Assembly: GCA_947589025.1 (NCBI GenBank)
Contig: CANQAY010000001.1
Span: 23,419-87,418, forward strand
Direction of reading: 5' to 3'
DNA from: an uncultured Clostridia bacterium
Lineage (GTDB): Bacteria > Bacillota > Clostridia > Christensenellales > UBA1242
DNA: 64,000 nucleotides
Positions 25,604 to 34,222 of the stretch are shown piece after piece; the stretch's first letter is position 1, and every line of letters starts with the position of its first letter. The notes below the pieces were generated by a model. It had not been told where the DNA came from, did not search any database, and was given only the letters and a program-made list of their open reading frames with translations. Position numbers and translations under genes: made by a program.

Positions 25604-26584
25604 ATGAGTAACGAAGATGATTTTGACGAAGTGTTGGAATACGAATTGCAAATTTTAACTAACCAAGTTGACGCATTATATGATTATTTTTTTAACCCTA
25701 AAAGGGACATGTCTAAATTCGCGGAAATGCTAGCGCTTTATAATAAAAAATTTGAAAATTTTGATGAATATGTTTTGGGCATCAAATTTCGCGGGAAGGA
25801 CCTTTCCCAACTCGTAACAAAATTTAAGGCGGTTGGGGAAAAACTTGCCCATATTTTAACCGAGCAACAAAATGGGGAGGAAATTGGGCACAAGTTGGTG
25901 CAATCGGTTATAGACAGCAAACAAAAATTGAACAAAAATCCGGCATTGTTGCAATATTTATTTTTAAAATTATCTCAACGGCACAATATTCCTTTTAAAC
26001 CTTTAAGCGCATTTTCAGATTATCGTAATGCTGCAATGGCGTTGTTGGACAACTCGATTTGCATCCGCTGCAACCTTGGGGATAAAGAAAAAGAGATATG
26101 CCTTTGCAACGCATATGCTTTGTATGTGCTTGAACATGAACTGCAACATATATCGCAGCGCCTATCCAATCCAAATGGGACAAATGAGGAAAGATTGCTT
26201 CACCTTTATTCCGAAGTGCAACCACTTGAAGACGGATTTGAAAACGGAAAGCCCTCACACAACATCGCGCAGCACATTGAGTTTCCGGACGAAATTAAGG
26301 CAGATTATGATGCCTGTGCGGAAATTTATCAATTTATTGCAAAAGAATTTTCCTTGCCGGATGACGAGTTAAAAATGGTTAAAGAATTTTTAAAGCGCCA
26401 GCAAATAAAACTTGTTAGCCAAAACGTACAATCACAAACGCCGCTAAGCCCAGAAGAATATTTGGAATTTTTTGTGGAAAAACACTTAAAAAACAATAAA
26501 AAACTATCAAAAACAGAACAAGAGAGAGTGCAAAAATTTATTCAAACTTATGAAGAAATAACTAATAAAAATTTTCAACTTTAA
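25604..26584 (+). CDS. Hypothetical protein with an HExxH motif (VLEHELQHIS)
   Basis: 326 aa with RBS tagggag and a terminator directly downstream. The protein is helical and acidic. I recognise no family, and the HExxH may be coincidental. Confidence 0.65.
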   Translation: MSNEDDFDEVLEYELQILTNQVDALYDYFFNPKRDMSKFAEMLALYNKKFENFDEYVLGIKFRGKDLSQLVTKFKAVGEKLAHILTEQQNGEEIGHKLVQSVIDSKQKLNKNPALLQYLFLKLSQRHNIPFKPLSAFSDYRNAAMALLDNSICIRCNLGDKEKEICLCNAYALYVLEHELQHISQRLSNPNGTNEERLLHLYSEVQPLEDGFENGKPSHNIAQHIEFPDEIKADYDACAEIYQFIAKEFSLPDDELKMVKEFLKRQQIKLVSQNVQSQTPLSPEEYLEFFVEKHLKNNKKLSKTEQERVQKFIQTYEEITNKNFQL

Positions 26585-26590
26585 AAGCGC

Positions 26591-26617
26591 AAAAAACCCG
26601 CAAAAAGCGGGGTTTTT
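26591..26617. terminator. Bidirectional rho-independent terminator
   Basis: An A-run, then CCCGC-AAAAA-GCGGG, then a T-run, lying between convergent genes. Confidence 0.75.
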
Positions 26618-26930
26618 ATTTTGGCACAAAACTATTGCACGGGGCTTGAACCTTTTCGCTGCCCACAAAAATGCCATTTGAAAAACACTCGCCATCCTTA
26701 TTAAAAATGCATTTATCTGTGCTGCAATTTATGTTCATGGTTTTGCAATGGTGGTAAGGCGCCACATCTGGCTCGTGGCTGAACATATCAAGTGAAACAT
26801 CCTCCACCACTTTGCTGTTATCTATATGCAAATCTTTGCAGTCGGCTTTTTCGTCCACCTGCAAATTTTTGCGGTTACATTTTGCTTTTTCGTTATAAAT
26901 ACAACTATATTTTCGGCACATTACGTCCAT
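26616..26930 (-). CDS. DUF1540 domain protein (Cys-rich, two repeats)
   Basis: 104 aa from MDVMCRKYSCIYNEKAKCNRKNLQV, with a strong RBS (ggaggt). The second repeat is CSTDKCIFNKDGECFSNGIFVGSEKVQAPCNSF. The pattern is typical of DUF1540 proteins in spore formers. Confidence 0.75.
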   Translation of the reverse strand: MDVMCRKYSCIYNEKAKCNRKNLQVDEKADCKDLHIDNSKVVEDVSLDMFSHEPDVAPYHHCKTMNINCSTDKCIFNKDGECFSNGIFVGSEKVQAPCNSFVPK

Positions 26931-27042
26931 AATTACCTCCGGTTTATAAATATTTTGCACGTTAAAAATGTTTTTATACTATTTTACAATTGACAAAACC
27001 AACATTTTATATTAAAATTAGTTATAATTTTTAGGAGATTTT

Positions 27043-29448
27043 ATGGAATATAACCACAAAAAAATTGAGGCAAAGTGGAAAAAATATTGGGAGGAAAACG
27101 GCACATTTAAAACCGATGTTTGGGATTTTTCTAAACCCAAATATTATGCGTTGGATATGTTCCCATATCCGTCTGGTGCGGGGCTGCACGTTGGCCACCC
27201 GGAAGGCTACACGGCAACAGACATTGTTAGCCGCATGAAACGTATGCAGGGGTATAACGTTTTGCACCCAATTGGCTTTGATTCTTTTGGCTTGCCTGCC
27301 GAGCAATATGCAATAGATACGGGCAATAATCCTGCCGATTTTACAGAAAAAAACATTAAATTTTTTATAGGGCAATTAAAAAACATTGGCTTTTCTTTTG
27401 ATTGGGATAGGATGATAAAAACAAGTTCGCCAGAATATTACAAGTGGACGCAGTGGATATTTAAACAACTTTACGCTAAAGGATTGGCAAAAATTAAAAA
27501 TGTGCCGGTTAACTGGTGTGAGGAATTGGGATGCGTGCTTGCCAATGATGAAGTTATTGATGGCAAAAGTGAGCGCGGCGGCTATCCAGTTGTTAAAAAG
27601 AATATGCTGCAGTGGGTTATAGACACACCTGCCTACGCTGAAAAATTGCTTAATGGATTAAACGAAATTGATTGGCCGGAAAGTACCAAACTTATGCAAA
27701 AAAATTGGATTGGCAAATCGGAAGGTGTGGAAGTTGAATTAAAAATTGTGGGTGGGGGCAAGTTTTCTATTTTTACCACTTGCATTGAAACCATTTATGG
27801 AATAACCTTTATGGTGCTTGCGCCCGAAAACAAATTGGTGGACGAATTAAAACCGCGCATAAAAAATTGGGCAGAAGTTGAGGCCTACAGGCGGGAGACG
27901 GCAAAAAAATCGGATAGAGAGCGCACTGATTTAAACAAGACGAAATCGGGCGTTAAACTGGATGGCATTTTAGCAATTAACCCGGTAAACGGCAAAAAAG
28001 TGCCAATGTTTTTAGGTGATTTTGTGCTATCCAGTTATGGCACGGGCGCAGTTATGGCAGTGCCAAGCCATGACCAGCGTGATTTTGAATATGCCATTGC
28101 GCACAAAATTCCTATGATACAGGTTATTGCTGGGCAAGATGTTAGCAAACAGGCGTTTGAAAAGCAGGATTATTTAGGCAAGGGCTGTAAGTTGATTAAC
28201 AGCGCGGAATTTACCGGCCTTACAGTTGAGCAAGCAAAAACTGCAATAACGGATAAACTCGTTAAAATGGGAGTAGGTAAAAAGCAAGTTAATTACAAGT
28301 TAAGGGAGTGGATTTTTGCCCGCCAGCGTTATTGGGGCGAGCCGATCCCTATTGTGCATTTTGAGGATGGCACAACCCGGGCGGATGACGACAGTCAATT
28401 GCCAGTTGTTTTGCCACAACTTACTGATTACAAGCCAACAAAAGATGGCAGCAGCCCACTTGCGCGGGCAACCAATTGGGTTAATGTTAAAATTGATGGC
28501 AAATCCGCTAAAAGAGAGACCAACACCATGCCGGGCACGGCGGGCTCTAGCTGGTATTTCATGCGCTATATTGACCCAAATAACGACAAAGAATTGGCAA
28601 ACAAACAGTTGTTAAAGCATTGGCTTCCGGTTGACCTTTATGTTGGCGGGCCGGAACATGCGGTAAGCCACTTGTTGTATAGCAGAATGTGGACAAACTT
28701 TTTGTATGATATTGGCGTTAGCCCAGTTAAAGAGCCATTTAAAAAACTTGTGCATCAGGGCATGATTTTGGGTGCAAATGGCATTAAAATGGGCAAAAGA
28801 TATCCAGAATTTGTGGTTGACCCAAATGTTATTGTTGAAAAATATGGGGCGGATACGCTTCGCCTTTACGAGATGTTTATGGGCCCACTTGAAATGAGCA
28901 AACCGTGGGACGAAAACGGCGTTAACGGGGCAAGGAAATTTTTGGATAGAATTTTTAAAATTTACACAGAAAAACTCATTGAAAACACCCAAAACACTAA
29001 TTTAGATTTAATTTATAATCAAACTGTTAAAAAAGTTACGGAAGATTATGAAAGTTTAAACTTCAACACGGCAATAAGCCAAATGATGATTTTTGTAAAC
29101 GCGCTTAGCAAAGAAGAAGTTTTTCCGCGTGATTACGCATTGGGCTTTTTAAAATTGCTTAACCCAATTTGCCCATTTATAACTGAAGAATTGTGGCAGC
29201 AATTGGGCCACAAAAACACCATTGCATATGAAAGTTGGCCAACATTTGACAGCACAAGACTGGTGGAAGATACGGTTGAAATACCAATTCAAGTTAATGG
29301 CAAATTGCGAGGCAAAATTGTGGTTAGCCGCACTGCCACCGAAGCGGAAATTAAAGAAAAAGCGGTGGAAGCAGTAAAAACTTATTTAGTTAACGGATAC
29401 AAAAAAATTATTTATATCCCAAATAGAATTTTTAATATTGTGGTTTAA
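27043..29448 (+). CDS. leuS: Leucine--tRNA ligase
   Basis: 801 aa with the class I HIGH motif (PYPSGAGLHVGHPEGY), a KMSKS-type variant (KMGKRY) and conserved LeuS blocks. RBS aggag. Confidence 0.95.
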   Translation: MEYNHKKIEAKWKKYWEENGTFKTDVWDFSKPKYYALDMFPYPSGAGLHVGHPEGYTATDIVSRMKRMQGYNVLHPIGFDSFGLPAEQYAIDTGNNPADFTEKNIKFFIGQLKNIGFSFDWDRMIKTSSPEYYKWTQWIFKQLYAKGLAKIKNVPVNWCEELGCVLANDEVIDGKSERGGYPVVKKNMLQWVIDTPAYAEKLLNGLNEIDWPESTKLMQKNWIGKSEGVEVELKIVGGGKFSIFTTCIETIYGITFMVLAPENKLVDELKPRIKNWAEVEAYRRETAKKSDRERTDLNKTKSGVKLDGILAINPVNGKKVPMFLGDFVLSSYGTGAVMAVPSHDQRDFEYAIAHKIPMIQVIAGQDVSKQAFEKQDYLGKGCKLINSAEFTGLTVEQAKTAITDKLVKMGVGKKQVNYKLREWIFARQRYWGEPIPIVHFEDGTTRADDDSQLPVVLPQLTDYKPTKDGSSPLARATNWVNVKIDGKSAKRETNTMPGTAGSSWYFMRYIDPNNDKELANKQLLKHWLPVDLYVGGPEHAVSHLLYSRMWTNFLYDIGVSPVKEPFKKLVHQGMILGANGIKMGKRYPEFVVDPNVIVEKYGADTLRLYEMFMGPLEMSKPWDENGVNGARKFLDRIFKIYTEKLIENTQNTNLDLIYNQTVKKVTEDYESLNFNTAISQMMIFVNALSKEEVFPRDYALGFLKLLNPICPFITEELWQQLGHKNTIAYESWPTFDSTRLVEDTVEIPIQVNGKLRGKIVVSRTATEAEIKEKAVEAVKTYLVNGYKKIIYIPNRIFNIVV

Positions 29449-29452
29449 AATT

Positions 29453-29485
29453 AAAAAAATCTCGTAAAAAAGCGAGATTTTTTTG
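29453..29485 (+). terminator. Rho-independent terminator after leuS
   Basis: AATCTCG-TAAAAAAG-CGAGATT followed by a T-run. Confidence 0.8.
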
Positions 29486-29646
29486 CATTTTAGCATGTTT
29501 TTTTAGTTTTTTTAAAATTTTTAATTACTTAACAAGGTTATTAATAATTTTTAAATTTTAGGTTAATTTAAATAAAGATGAAAAATATGTCGATTTTTGT
29601 TTTGTTTAAATTGAGGCTTTGTGTATAATGTGAAGGTGGTGAAAAA

Positions 29647-32418
29647 ATGAAAATTAAAAAAATATTATTTTTATTTGTGTTATTTTGTGTTTTAAGTGTG
29701 CCTTTTGTTTTTACAGGATGCGGGCATACTCACACTTTTGCTGGAGGTTGGAATCAATATAAGGCCCCAACCTGCACGGAAGATGGCGTGTTAAGGCGAG
29801 ATTGCATTGAATGTGATTATTATGAAACCGCACCAGTAAACAAACTTGGGCACGATTTTGGCGAATGGGAAGAATGGCCTATTGCCACCTGCAATAATGA
29901 TGGCGAAAAACACAGGGAGTGTTCTAGGTGTGGTTATGAAGATACCGAAATTACGCACGCATTGCAACATGAATTTTCTAATGAATACGCCTATTCTGCT
30001 TCAACGCATTATTATCAGTGCAAGCTTTGTTTGGAAAGAAAGGATGAAAAAGCCCACGTTTTTGATGCGGAAAATGGCACAAAATGTTCGGTTTGTGGCT
30101 ACAAAATGGAAGATATTTTTAACACCAAAGTGCAAGATGATGGCTTAATAATTACCGGCTATAAGGGTGACATCAATACCATTCCAGAGCAAATTATAAT
30201 TCCAGACGAAATTGGTGGCAGGCAAGTGATTGGAATTGGCGATTATGCTTTTTCTAGCCGCGATGAAAACACTCCAACCCCTTTAAAAAAGGTGGTGTTT
30301 GGCAAAAATATTAAAAGCATTGGGCTTTCTGCCTTTTGGGGCAACGGCAACTTGCAAGAGTTGGAACTGCCAGAAAATTTGGAAGTTATTGGTTTATATG
30401 CATTCTCACGCTGTGTATCTATAACCAAAGTTAAATGTAATGATAAATTGCAAAGATTAGAGCAAGAAGCTTTTTGGGGTTGCTCCGGATTAACTTCGCT
30501 TGACCTAAAAAATGTTAAAAGCATTGGGCAATGGGCGTTCTCCAATTGCATAGGATTGCATGATATATCTTTCAATAATTTAGAGTATTTAGGAATTTCT
30601 GCCTTTTACGGTTGCAAAAATTTAAAAAACATTAATTTAGGGCATGGCAATTTAACTATTGACGAATGGGCATTTACTGGGTGTGAAGCGTTAAAAAATG
30701 TTGAAGTGAGTGAGAATATTGTTAAATTTTCTGATAATGCTTTGTATTTAAATGAAAATATGAAGTGCTATGTTAAAGACGATGTGAAATATTTGGGCAA
30801 TGAAGAACATAACTTTGTGGTTGCAGTTGACGCCGAGCCTACTATTAAAACATATTCTTCCGAGCCAGATACACGCATCATATTTAGAAACGCGTTCTAC
30901 AGTTGCCAAGAATTAACAGATGTTAAATTATCTGACAATGTTGTTGGCATTGGAAAATGTGCATTTACTAACTGCACAAATTTAACAAGTTTAACATTGG
31001 GCGCGAATATTAACTCAATTAACGATGCAGCGTTTAACAGTTGCAACAATTTATCTAAAGTTTATGCTAGTTCAATTGAAAGTTGGCTTAAAATAAATTT
31101 TGTTGCCCTTGATGATTATGGCAACAATGATGTTTATTCTGGCGATGTTAACCCACTTTATTATGGGGCAGATTTAATTATTGATAACATTGTTGTTACA
31201 AATGTTAATGTGCCAAGTAATATTAATGAAATTTCACCTTACGCCTTTGCAGGATATGTAAAATTAGAATCGGTTAGCATGGGCAATAATGTTAATAGCA
31301 TTGGCAACTTTGCTTTTTTGAAATGTAAAAATATAACATCGTTTACAATAAACGAAGGCAACGCGAAATATAGTGCAAAAAATAATTGTGTTATTGACAA
31401 CGACAGCAACACAATTTTGTTTGGATTTTCTACAACCACAATTCCAGATGGGGTTGAAACAATTGGCGATTACGCTTTTTGGGAAATACAATTTCCAGAC
31501 GAAGGGCTTACAATTGCCAACAGTGTTACAAAAATTGGCAAGTACGCTTTCTGTTCGGCAATAATCCCTAAAATTACAATGGGCACAGGCTTGCAACAAG
31601 TTGACTTTTGGGCATTTGCCGCAAGCGTTAAACAAGTGTATATCAGCGATTTTAACAAATGGTGCGGTGTTGAATTAAATGGAGAATTGTCATCGCCTAT
31701 TAAATGGGAATCTCAGGTGTTTATTGACGGCGAAAATATTGGCAACTCTGTGTTAAAGATTCCGGAAGGAGTGGAAGAAATAAAGCCATGGGTGTTTGCG
31801 AATACACAAATTTATGGTTTAAGCATTCCTTCAAGCACAACAAAAATTGATTCTACTGCATTTGCACGAGCTTGCAACTTGGGCCTTGGTGGAAATGAAT
31901 CGTTAACTGTAGACGAAAGAAACACTGCTTTAAAAGTAACCGAAAATAAATTAGGCCTTGTGGATAAACAAACCAAAACCTTGTTATTATGTTTAACGCA
32001 CAGTATTTCTGTTGTGGATTTTAGCAATGAAGACTTTGAAACAGTGGGCGCCTATTCGTTCTCATATAAAATAATCTATAATGTTATTTTGCCTTCAAGT
32101 GTTAGAAAAATTGAAAATTCCGCATTTGACCAATGCCGTTTAAAAACCATAGAACTTAATGACGGCCTTGAAAGGATAGAAGAAAGTGCTTTTTCTGGCA
32201 ACGATCAGTTAACATCAATTGTTATTCCTGCTAGTGTTAACTTTATAGGGGAAAACGCATTCACTTCTTGTGGAATTGGAAATGTGGTGTTTAACGATCC
32301 TAATAATTGGACAGTGAATGACGAAACCCACTCAGTTGTTGACGCTTTTGCCGATGCACAAACAGCGGCTGAAGAATTGCTAAAATATAATCGTTCTTGG
32401 CAAAAAACTGAAAATTAA
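29647..32418 (+). CDS. Surface lipoprotein with N-terminal Cys-rich modules and BspA-type leucine-rich repeats
   Basis: 923 aa. The signal peptide MKIKKILFLFVLFCVLSVPFVFTGC carries a lipobox-like Cys. Three Cys-x2-Cys modules occupy the first ~170 aa. Many ~23-aa units of the form IG.YAF..C..L..I.IP..V..I follow, which is the BspA/LRR_5 type. Confidence 0.85.
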   Translation: MKIKKILFLFVLFCVLSVPFVFTGCGHTHTFAGGWNQYKAPTCTEDGVLRRDCIECDYYETAPVNKLGHDFGEWEEWPIATCNNDGEKHRECSRCGYEDTEITHALQHEFSNEYAYSASTHYYQCKLCLERKDEKAHVFDAENGTKCSVCGYKMEDIFNTKVQDDGLIITGYKGDINTIPEQIIIPDEIGGRQVIGIGDYAFSSRDENTPTPLKKVVFGKNIKSIGLSAFWGNGNLQELELPENLEVIGLYAFSRCVSITKVKCNDKLQRLEQEAFWGCSGLTSLDLKNVKSIGQWAFSNCIGLHDISFNNLEYLGISAFYGCKNLKNINLGHGNLTIDEWAFTGCEALKNVEVSENIVKFSDNALYLNENMKCYVKDDVKYLGNEEHNFVVAVDAEPTIKTYSSEPDTRIIFRNAFYSCQELTDVKLSDNVVGIGKCAFTNCTNLTSLTLGANINSINDAAFNSCNNLSKVYASSIESWLKINFVALDDYGNNDVYSGDVNPLYYGADLIIDNIVVTNVNVPSNINEISPYAFAGYVKLESVSMGNNVNSIGNFAFLKCKNITSFTINEGNAKYSAKNNCVIDNDSNTILFGFSTTTIPDGVETIGDYAFWEIQFPDEGLTIANSVTKIGKYAFCSAIIPKITMGTGLQQVDFWAFAASVKQVYISDFNKWCGVELNGELSSPIKWESQVFIDGENIGNSVLKIPEGVEEIKPWVFANTQIYGLSIPSSTTKIDSTAFARACNLGLGGNESLTVDERNTALKVTENKLGLVDKQTKTLLLCLTHSISVVDFSNEDFETVGAYSFSYKIIYNVILPSSVRKIENSAFDQCRLKTIELNDGLERIEESAFSGNDQLTSIVIPASVNFIGENAFTSCGIGNVVFNDPNNWTVNDETHSVVDAFADAQTAAEELLKYNRSWQKTEN

Positions 32419-32420
32419 AT

Positions 32421-32456
32421 AAAAAAACCACAATTTTGTTGTGGTTTTTTGTTTTT
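32421..32456. terminator. Bidirectional terminator between convergent genes
   Basis: An A-run, then CCACAA-TTTTG-TTGTGG, then a T-run. Confidence 0.8.
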
Positions 32457-33428
32457 TTAGTTTTGAATGTAAAAATTTTCTTGTTTTAAAAGTGGGTAAG
32501 ATTTTAAATTTTTATCATTTAAATTTTCTTTATTCATGTTAACGCCAACTATTTGGCTGTTGTTGTAAGTGGTGTAATAATAAATGCCTTTTTGTGTGTT
32601 GCAGCAGGATGAATAAATGGTATGCTCAAAGCCTTTTTCAACCTTGCAACAGCCTTTTTGTTGTTCTACCGAACCTAATATGTGGAAAAATTGGCTTACG
32701 CTTTCAATTTCGTTATCTCCGCACACAGAATTTAGCTTGGTAAAACTTGCCTTAACAAAGCGTGAGGCGGAAGAAAGATCCCCCGGCAGGCCAATTGCCC
32801 CCATGCCTCTGCTGTATGGCGTTAAATTATAATTTTTTGCAAAGCGGTTAGTGGGCTCTTCTCGGGTTAAATTTATATAGTTTGAAAGGTTTGTTAAATG
32901 ATAGTCAAAAGTTGGGTTGTTGGTTAACACGCCAACTGGGTTATTATAAATTTTTAGCCCGCCAGCTAAGGGTTCTACAACAATGCTTTCTTTTTTATCG
33001 GCAATAAGCCAATGCAATGGAGAATGGGGCAATGAAGTAGAAAAATTTTCGTTGCAAATGTTTAGGTTAATTAATAATTTTTTCACTTCTGCCACATTTT
33101 TGCAGCTGGATAAAATGTATGGAATAAATTCAAAAGGCGCAACATTATTTTTGGTTTTGTCTTTTGTGGGGTAAAAGGCATTGGTTGGAAAATTTAAGCC
33201 TGCTATGCTAAGCCCTTTTTCGTTGGTTGCATCATAATAAAGTGGAAAATTGTTCTGCACAAACGCCATGCCTATCATGGCATAATGCTTGCTGTTTGCC
33301 CCCATAAAACGAAATTTAAACGGATAATTTCTGGGTGTTATTGTAACTGTTTCGTTGTAAGAAAATTCATAATCTAAATTTCTTCCAAAATAAAAATCTT
33401 TAGTTAAAAATGTTATTGCGGTGCACAT
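32457..33428 (-). CDS. Choloylglycine hydrolase family protein (bile salt hydrolase / penicillin V acylase type Ntn hydrolase)
   Basis: 323 aa starting MCTAITF (Cys2 nucleophile after Met removal). It also has the FGRNLD, NEKGL and PGD.SS.SRF blocks typical of the family. RBS aggagg. Confidence 0.9.
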   Translation of the reverse strand: MCTAITFLTKDFYFGRNLDYEFSYNETVTITPRNYPFKFRFMGANSKHYAMIGMAFVQNNFPLYYDATNEKGLSIAGLNFPTNAFYPTKDKTKNNVAPFEFIPYILSSCKNVAEVKKLLINLNICNENFSTSLPHSPLHWLIADKKESIVVEPLAGGLKIYNNPVGVLTNNPTFDYHLTNLSNYINLTREEPTNRFAKNYNLTPYSRGMGAIGLPGDLSSASRFVKASFTKLNSVCGDNEIESVSQFFHILGSVEQQKGCCKVEKGFEHTIYSSCCNTQKGIYYYTTYNNSQIVGVNMNKENLNDKNLKSYPLLKQENFYIQN

Positions 33429-33505
33429 AGTTCCTCCTTTTTTATTTTAGCAAAAACTAACCGTATAAACAAGCAAATAAAATTAAATTTAAAAGTAAAG
33501 AATAG

Positions 33506-33533
33506 TTGACGTTTATTTTTTGTGTGGTATAAT
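33506..33533 (+). promoter_or_regulatory. Promoter of the XRE regulator gene
   Basis: TTGACG at 33506-33511, a 16-nt spacer, then the extended -10 TGgTATAAT ending at 33533. Confidence 0.55.
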
Positions 33534-33565
33534 ATATATAGTTTTATTTTAAAGGAAGCAGCTTT

Positions 33566-33772
33566 ATGGATAAAAATTTAAAATTACATAACAATGTTAG
33601 GGCGGAGAGAATTGACAAAAGCATTTCTCAGGCAGAATTGGCTAGTATGGTTGGCACAACTAGGCAAACGATTATTGCTGTTGAAAAGGGAACATTTTGC
33701 CCATCGGCAAAACTAGCCATGTTGATATGCATTGCGCTTGACAAAAAATTTGAAAATTTGTTTTATTTTTAA
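33566..33772 (+). CDS. XRE-family helix-turn-helix transcriptional regulator (68 aa)
   Basis: ISQAELASMVGTTRQTIIAVEKGTFCPSAKLAMLICIAL is a classic Cro/C1-type HTH. Confidence 0.85.
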   Translation: MDKNLKLHNNVRAERIDKSISQAELASMVGTTRQTIIAVEKGTFCPSAKLAMLICIALDKKFENLFYF

Positions 33773-33872
33773 CTTTTGTTAACAATTTGTGCAGTTTTTG
33801 TGAAAAATTTGGCAAATTTTGTGCTTGAATTAAATTTTTAAGCCTTTTTTTCAAAAATTCTTAAAATTTATA

Positions 33873-33901
33873 TTGACTAGCACTAAATTTAGTGTTATAT
33901 T
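33873..33901 (+). promoter_or_regulatory. Promoter with an embedded perfect 14-bp palindrome (operator candidate)
   Basis: TTGACT at 33873-33878, a 17-nt spacer containing CACTAAATTTAGTG (33881-33894), and TATATT at 33896-33901. Confidence 0.45.
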
Positions 33902-33907
33902 AAAAAT

Positions 33908-34026
33908 AGAGTAATGAGTAATTTATAAGTGCCAGCGCTAAGTCTTGTTTGCAAGTTCGGTTAAAAGGACATGTTTCCCAATCGGTAATCATTAGCCAGA
34001 GCCTTAATTACATTACTCATTTTTTT
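33908..34026 (+). ncRNA. Candidate ~119-nt small RNA or MITE-like element closed by a long terminal helix and U-tract
   Basis: It starts about 7 nt after the -10. The 5' arm GAGTAATGAGTAATT (33909-33923) pairs with AATTACATTACTC (34006-34018) and is followed by seven T. It contains no credible ORF, and I recognise no Rfam class. Confidence 0.3.
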
Positions 34027-34222
34027 GTTTTAAATTTTTTATATTCGACTTGAATATCTTTTTCCTAAAAATTCTCAGAATTTATATTGACAAACATTAT
34101 CTATAAAAAACAAATCCTACACAATCATAAAGGGAAAATTGCACGAAAACTTTGTCGGTGTTCGTACAATTCCCTTTTGGCGGAGAGTGAGATTGTCGAT
34201 ACGTACTAGATTATGATTTATA

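Larger units (their letters stand above)
33853..34091 (+). repeat. Direct repeat of a 25-nt promoter-like sequence (23/25 identical)
   Basis: AAAAATTCTTAAAATTTATATTGAC at 33853-33877 versus AAAAATTCTCAGAATTTATATTGAC at 34067-34091. Only the first copy has a usable -10. Confidence 0.8.

Noticed and set aside
26961-27042. I looked for a T-box or other leader upstream of leuS.
   Set aside because: Only ~80 bp separate it from the divergent gene, which is enough for a promoter and RBS. No T-box 14-mer or terminator is present.
34088-34175. The second TTGACA copy (34088-34093) as a promoter for an antisense RNA against the 3' end of the 497-aa gene.
   Set aside because: No -10-like hexamer lies at 16-18-nt spacing; the only TATAAA is 9 nt away. 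The downstream imperfect hairpin (GGGAAAATTGCACGAA / TTCGTACAATTCCC) could simply be the terminator of the convergent 497-aa gene.
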